Shown: positions 59,736 through 64,000 of the stretch, piece by piece | Numbering within the stretch: the first letter of the stretch is position 1 | How the letters are laid out: each line of letters starts with the position of its first letter | DNA from: Minisyncoccia bacterium | GTDB taxonomy: Bacteria; Patescibacteriota; Minisyncoccia; Phycocordibacterales; UBA918 | DNA length: 64,000 bases | Assembly (NCBI GenBank): GCA_041742075.1 | Contig: JBGSJJ010000016.1 | Location: forward strand, 83,128 to 147,127 | Direction: 5' to 3' | Translations under genes and position numbers: made by a program | Notes under the pieces: model-generated | What the model saw: the letters and a program-made list of their open reading frames with translations, nothing else | What the model was told of the DNA's origin: nothing | Databases searched by the model: none

Positions 59736-60398
59736 TTAGAAATAGAAATTTATTTTTTTATTTAACTCCTCAAGATTTGCGTACGGGTCAGGGTAATCTA
59801 CTCCATTTGGAATAAATCTGATTGATTCCTCAAAGCACTTTTTTGCCTTCATATTCACGTTTGAGCCAGCATACAGCACGCCGATGTTATTACAAATTGT
59901 CGAGTAACTAAGATTAGACTTCAGCGCGAGATAAAATGAGCTGTAATACGCGGGTAACACATATCGGTTGGTGTCTTCATCGTCATATAAAGCGACACCC
60001 ATCACTGGGGTATTTTGCACAATCTTCTGGGCAGTTTCCCCTGTTGGAAATCGCAGTGCTCTTACCCCATCACGTACAGCGTATTTATGAACAATCTTAG
60101 TCGCGAGTTCAGCCCACTCCTCCTCTTCTTCTTCTTCACCAGTATAATTAAAGCCTCTACTTTCTAGTGCGGTAAATTGTAAAGGATTGTTTTTTATGTC
60201 TTCGTATACACAGTGCCCAATTGCGTCAAGAGCATCAAGAGCAGCAGCGAAGTCTACCAATGCGTTCTTATCATCGTAGATCATAAAAATATTATAATTT
60301 AGCATTATTCTCCAGCCACAACCAAGACGACAACCATAGAAATAGTCTTCACGAAGTACTTCACATCTTTGTGCTTTTTCATAGAAATACTGTAGCAT
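59736..60398 (-). CDS. AT-rich hypothetical protein with poly-Glu stretch
   Basis: ORF only. Confidence 0.35.
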   Translation of the reverse strand: MLQYFYEKAQRCEVLREDYFYGCRLGCGWRIMLNYNIFMIYDDKNALVDFAAALDALDAIGHCVYEDIKNNPLQFTALESRGFNYTGEEEEEEEWAELATKIVHKYAVRDGVRALRFPTGETAQKIVQNTPVMGVALYDDEDTNRYVLPAYYSSFYLALKSNLSYSTICNNIGVLYAGSNVNMKAKKCFEESIRFIPNGVDYPDPYANLEELNKKINFYF

Positions 60399-60469
60399 GA
60401 CATTACCTATACTTATTGAATCACGGTTGACAAATGTCTGTCATCAAGTAAGATAATAATATTACGACG

Positions 60470-60515
60470 AAAAGGGGCCCGAACGGTTAATTACCTAAGG
60501 CCCCCTTTTCTTTTT
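60470..60515 (-). terminator. Rho-independent terminator (GGGGCC loop GGCCCC) with flanking A and T runs, overlapping the last codons of the NYN gene
   Basis: Read directly. Confidence 0.55.
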
Positions 60516-61013
60516 CTCGATTTTGTTTCGCATGTTTGGAGCGCTAAGACTGTCAAAATACTGATGACCAAGCCTTTTTAGTAAGGATGAGGCTTTTTGA
60601 CCATCTGGAAATAGCACCTTTTCAAATCGATCCTTCTCAATCAAATAGTCAATTAAATTTTTATAATCCCCATCTCCCGAAACAAGAACGATTTTGTCGA
60701 ATGTTTCATTTTCACACAGTCGACGCATAATGGAAAAAATAATATCGGAATCCACATTCCCTTTTTTGGTACCTAGCATTGCTGCAGTATGCTGTCTGAA
60801 AATTAAAATGAAACCTGCTGCCTGAATCTCTTCGTATAGGTAATCTCGGACACCATCTTCTTGAACGTATCCTAGATAATAGTATGCCTTCTCAACATTG
60901 TACTTTTGCTCTAGATAGACTCGCAAACGTTTTAGGTCAACTTTCCATGGCAAATTACTATGAGTTGTACCCATGTGTAAATTCTGCCCGTCAACGTATG
61001 CAATGTTGCTCAC
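60495..61013 (-). CDS. NYN-domain (LabA-like) protein
   Basis: IAYVDGQNL...VLVSGDGDY pattern. Confidence 0.65.
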   Translation of the reverse strand: MSNIAYVDGQNLHMGTTHSNLPWKVDLKRLRVYLEQKYNVEKAYYYLGYVQEDGVRDYLYEEIQAAGFILIFRQHTAAMLGTKKGNVDSDIIFSIMRRLCENETFDKIVLVSGDGDYKNLIDYLIEKDRFEKVLFPDGQKASSLLKRLGHQYFDSLSAPNMRNKIEKKKRGP

Positions 61014-61064
61014 TTATAAAGTATAACAACTTTGAATTGCTATATTCAAACTCAAATTAATTAT

Positions 61065-61937
61065 TTAGTGACCGTAGGAAATTACGAGCACCATTTTGTC
61101 ACAAATCGGACAAAATACGTCTGCCACTGCAGCATCATAGTATTCGGTATTATCTTTAGCGTTACCAGTCCAGCCACAGACTGGGCATGTAACTTCAGAA
61201 GCATCATTGAAGTCTTTTGTAGACATGATAGCCGCAGAGTGCGTGGCTATAAAAGGGATGCCAATCCCTGACTGTAAGGTGCGAGCCGCGCTACAGAGTT
61301 CGTTTGCAAGAGGACTCTCACCCCACGCCATCACTATCGTCCTAATTACGTGCAATGTATGCGCAACTAATTCTTCTTTAGGTGCATTAAAGCGTGCAAA
61401 GGTCGCATCCCCGTCAATTTTATAGTCAGCTATCAGCTCAGTTGCGTTACTAAGTACATCACCAGACTTTACCAAAAGTGACTCGTGAGAAAACTGTCGA
61501 ATCTCTTCAAGTGCTTTCTCCTTGCGTTCATGCCATGACAAGCTTTTATCTTTTTCCGTCACACTATCAACGAGCTCGGCTACATGTTCACCAAATTTTT
61601 CAGCTATCATTTTTCTCGTAACTGATCCATATGGTTCACAATCCTCAATAGTGTCGTGAAGTATCCCAGCTACCACAACATCTTCACTAGCCCCAGCTTG
61701 CGATAGTATTAGACCAACGGTCAGTGGATGTGTAATATAAGGGATATCCTTACCTTTTCTTTTTTGTTTTACCGGTTCCTCGTGCACAGCAATAGCGAAG
61801 TGAATAGCTTGTTGAATTTTGTATGTATAGATCATAATTTTTTTGTTAGAGTTTATATTATTTTCTCTCCCAAACCAAAATAATAAAAGCGGCTCGGAGA
61901 GTTGATCCAGTGCAAAAGACTGAATGAAATCTCCCAA
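61065..61937 (-). CDS. HD-domain (p)ppGpp hydrolase-like protein (SpoT/Mesh1-type HD) with C-terminal zinc ribbon; alternative start at 61835
   Basis: ITHPLTVGLIL...GILHDTIED motif; CPVCGW...CPICD. Confidence 0.6.
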   Translation of the reverse strand: MGDFIQSFALDQLSEPLLLFWFGRENNINSNKKIMIYTYKIQQAIHFAIAVHEEPVKQKRKGKDIPYITHPLTVGLILSQAGASEDVVVAGILHDTIEDCEPYGSVTRKMIAEKFGEHVAELVDSVTEKDKSLSWHERKEKALEEIRQFSHESLLVKSGDVLSNATELIADYKIDGDATFARFNAPKEELVAHTLHVIRTIVMAWGESPLANELCSAARTLQSGIGIPFIATHSAAIMSTKDFNDASEVTCPVCGWTGNAKDNTEYYDAAVADVFCPICDKMVLVISYGH

Positions 61938-62050
61938 CCGCTTTAAGGGTCAGTCGCTCCTACCATGTGGCTTCCCGCAGATTTCCCAGGTTGCCTACCA
62001 ACTTACGAGTGGAGATAGATGCGGTAATCATGCTGATTACCTTTTTATTA
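61890..62050 (+). ncRNA. Candidate small RNA ending in a strong intrinsic terminator (GGTAATCATGCTGATTACC + TTTTTATT) with no plus-strand ORF
   Basis: Perfect 7-bp stem and T-run at 62023-62050; upstream imperfect hairpin GCGGCUCGGAGAG...UCUCCCAACCGC. Confidence 0.3.
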
Positions 62051-62096
62051 TACAACAAAAGGTATAATCCTACAAATAATATTATGTAAATTAAGG

Positions 62097-63032
62097 CTAG
62101 GTGTTAATAAGGTCAACGAACCTTATAACCTTGGCTTTTTCCCAATCCATTACTTTAGCGTACAAACCGTTATGTTTATGCGCTTTGTTGTAAATACATC
62201 CTTCACATTCAAATTCCTCTATAACATCCAGCTTTTGTTGATGTCGTTCAAACAGTCTAAATTGCCCAGGAATTACCTCAATCTCATGAAAGCATGTCAT
62301 AGGTACAACATATCGCAAACCGTCCATTTGAAAAATATTCCAGCTTATGATTTCTGCAATTTCTTCTTGACAGTTTATACTTGGTTTTTCTCCAAATTTA
62401 TCTTCATAGTAGTCTATGAAGGTGTATAGAAGATTTTCACGAGCAATCAGCAAGTTGTCCCCTTGCCACTCATAACCATAGCTCGACTTAAATGCTTCTT
62501 TTGACCAATCTATCCAATCTGATTTATTGTCACAAAACTTGGAAACAACTTTCATTTTTCTATCTAAAAAACCAACTCGGCTACCAACTTTAATAAGCAC
62601 ACCATGGGCTACTGGGTTATAACGTGTGACGATAAACGGAGCTTCACCACAAGTAATTTCGAGTTTAATTTGACGAACATACTCTTGCCAGTTGTTCTTA
62701 TTTGGTTGAAATGATTCAAGAGACCTGTTCATCTGATCAACTGTTTTAATTGGTGTAAAAACTTCAGCTTTGTCCTTAGTACGTCTACGTTGCTCCTCAA
62801 GACTTTTAGCCGCACGAGGTTGAATAAGTAGATTATACATTTCCGTCACGAGCTCGGGTTTTATTATTGATGTCGGCAAAAAATCATTACCATTATTAAC
62901 ATATGAATCAGTTCCCCAAATTATATTTTTTCTGGTAGTGCGGTCAATCAACAAAATATTTAGCAAAGAGCCAGATCTATGCAAAAAGCCCTCTTTAACA
63001 TCAATATTTTTTTCTTTAGTTTTATTACTCAT
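62097..63032 (-). CDS. AT-rich hypothetical protein downstream of partial methyltransferase; possible cognate restriction endonuclease
   Basis: Operon position only; no motif confidently recognised. Confidence 0.3.
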   Translation of the reverse strand: MSNKTKEKNIDVKEGFLHRSGSLLNILLIDRTTRKNIIWGTDSYVNNGNDFLPTSIIKPELVTEMYNLLIQPRAAKSLEEQRRRTKDKAEVFTPIKTVDQMNRSLESFQPNKNNWQEYVRQIKLEITCGEAPFIVTRYNPVAHGVLIKVGSRVGFLDRKMKVVSKFCDNKSDWIDWSKEAFKSSYGYEWQGDNLLIARENLLYTFIDYYEDKFGEKPSINCQEEIAEIISWNIFQMDGLRYVVPMTCFHEIEVIPGQFRLFERHQQKLDVIEEFECEGCIYNKAHKHNGLYAKVMDWEKAKVIRFVDLINT

Positions 63033-63068
63033 GAATATAATAAAATCTAACTACAAATATGTACCAAA

Positions 63069-64000
63069 CTATTCTTTTTTTGAGCTTACAGAAGATTCAA
63101 TATGGAGTTTTAATTCGTCAGTAAATTTATATTTTTCATAGAGCCACTCATCTGTAAATAATTTGCCATCTAATTCATCGATGTAAAGTATGTAATCAGG
63201 AATATTATCAAAGCCTCTTACATAAAGATCTTTTTGCGTTATTGACATTAGAAATCTTGCAGTTTTTGTCATGAATAAACTTCTAATAAGATCGAGGTGG
63301 TAATCGTCGTCCTTCTCTGGTAATACAAATAAAACATCACCACTTGCTATTGTATTTTTCTCAACAATTTTTGGATTGTTATTGAAGATATTTCCACTTT
63401 TTCCTGCAATAGCATGTCCCTTTTTATCAAGCATTACTTTTCTGGTGCTAAGAATTTCATGAGGAATTTTATTCAAAACGGTTTTGTCAATATAAAACCA
63501 ACCAAATCTTGTTCCTTTACCAGAACCATTATTAGCCCAAATTTTTACTGGCTGTGATAGTTTTTCACTTGATTTTTGCAATTTGTCCTTATGCTTATTT
63601 TTACTGTACCCGAATTCACTTCCGCCAAGGCTACCGATATTTCCTACTATTCTATCGCGCATTGTTTTACCTTCATTTAAGAGAGGTTTCAATTTATCAA
63701 GAATTTCTTTTTCAAATGGGTTAGAAAAAAATTGTTCTGTTTTATGGTAGTAACCATAAGGTTTACTTTCAATTGAGTAACTAATTTTTCCTCTAAAGTT
63801 TTTTTGGAAGATTGTTATACATACACCTCCGTCAATAGTTACCGCCGGAAATAACTTCGTTGCATCTGGATAGAAGTCAAATCTCTTAAGTCCGGAATCT
63901 ATTATTTGATCGCGAACTTTTACCATATGTTTTTTTGGAATAACCCACCTACCAGGATGAATTATTGCAGCATTATCTGAAATTTCCGCAGCAAAAAAAA
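63069..64000 (-). CDS. C-terminal portion of an N6-adenine DNA methyltransferase (Eco57I/TaqI-C-like target-recognition region); ORF open at window edge
   Basis: Reading frame continues without stop to position 64000; AIIHPGRWVIPKKH...VRDQIIDSG..RFDFYPDATKLFPAVTIDGGVCITIFQK resembles the post-NPPY region of gamma-class methyltransferases. Confidence 0.45.
   Translation of the reverse strand, partial: FFAAEISDNAAIIHPGRWVIPKKHMVKVRDQIIDSGLKRFDFYPDATKLFPAVTIDGGVCITIFQKNFRGKISYSIESKPYGYYHKTEQFFSNPFEKEILDKLKPLLNEGKTMRDRIVGNIGSLGGSEFGYSKNKHKDKLQKSSEKLSQPVKIWANNGSGKGTRFGWFYIDKTVLNKIPHEILSTRKVMLDKKGHAIAGKSGNIFNNNPKIVEKNTIASGDVLFVLPEKDDDYHLDLIRSLFMTKTARFLMSITQKDLYVRGFDNIPDYILYIDELDGKLFTDEWLYEKYKFTDELKLHIESSVSSKKE

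Overview
This window reads as a low-GC bacterial chromosome, probably from a small-genome or CPR-like lineage (F-type ATP synthase operon, YchF, RND efflux pair, YhhQ transporter, TspO). It carries a ~34.5 kb integrated prophage-like element between about 2680 and 37162. The element is bounded by ~50-bp imperfect direct repeats, at 2680-2729 and 37111-37162. A tyrosine integrase (1607-2551) and a pair of tandem arm-like repeats sit immediately left of the left repeat. Between the repeats, on the minus strand and reading from the right, are an early module (AbrB-like regulator, replication initiator, RusA resolvase, C5 methyltransferase, ParB-N6 methyltransferase fusion) and a late module (small and large terminase, portal, scaffold, HK97-like capsid, several large tail or ejection-type proteins, LysM protein). 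These are followed by a lysis cassette (holin candidates and an amidase) and, at the left arm, an accessory defense island. The island has a restriction-modification-like module: two divergent DNA methyltransferases opposed to a 547-aa protein with a zinc ribbon, LAGLIDADG-like motifs and a C-terminal PD-ExK domain, plus a 183-aa degenerate paralog of that domain. It also has a translationally coupled pair of an AAA_13/Rad50-like ABC ATPase with a CxxC hook and a DUF2779-like PD-ExK nuclease, and a PRTase-domain protein. The rest of the window is ordinary chromosome with a few oddities. An AT-rich foreign ORF is inserted inside the ATP synthase operon. A caspase-like ORF is split by a single in-frame TAA. 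There are several candidate structured RNAs or terminators with no obvious gene. An AT-rich islet at the right edge holds a NYN gene, a hypothetical, and a partial gamma-class methyltransferase with a possible endonuclease. No tRNA, rRNA or CRISPR array was seen.
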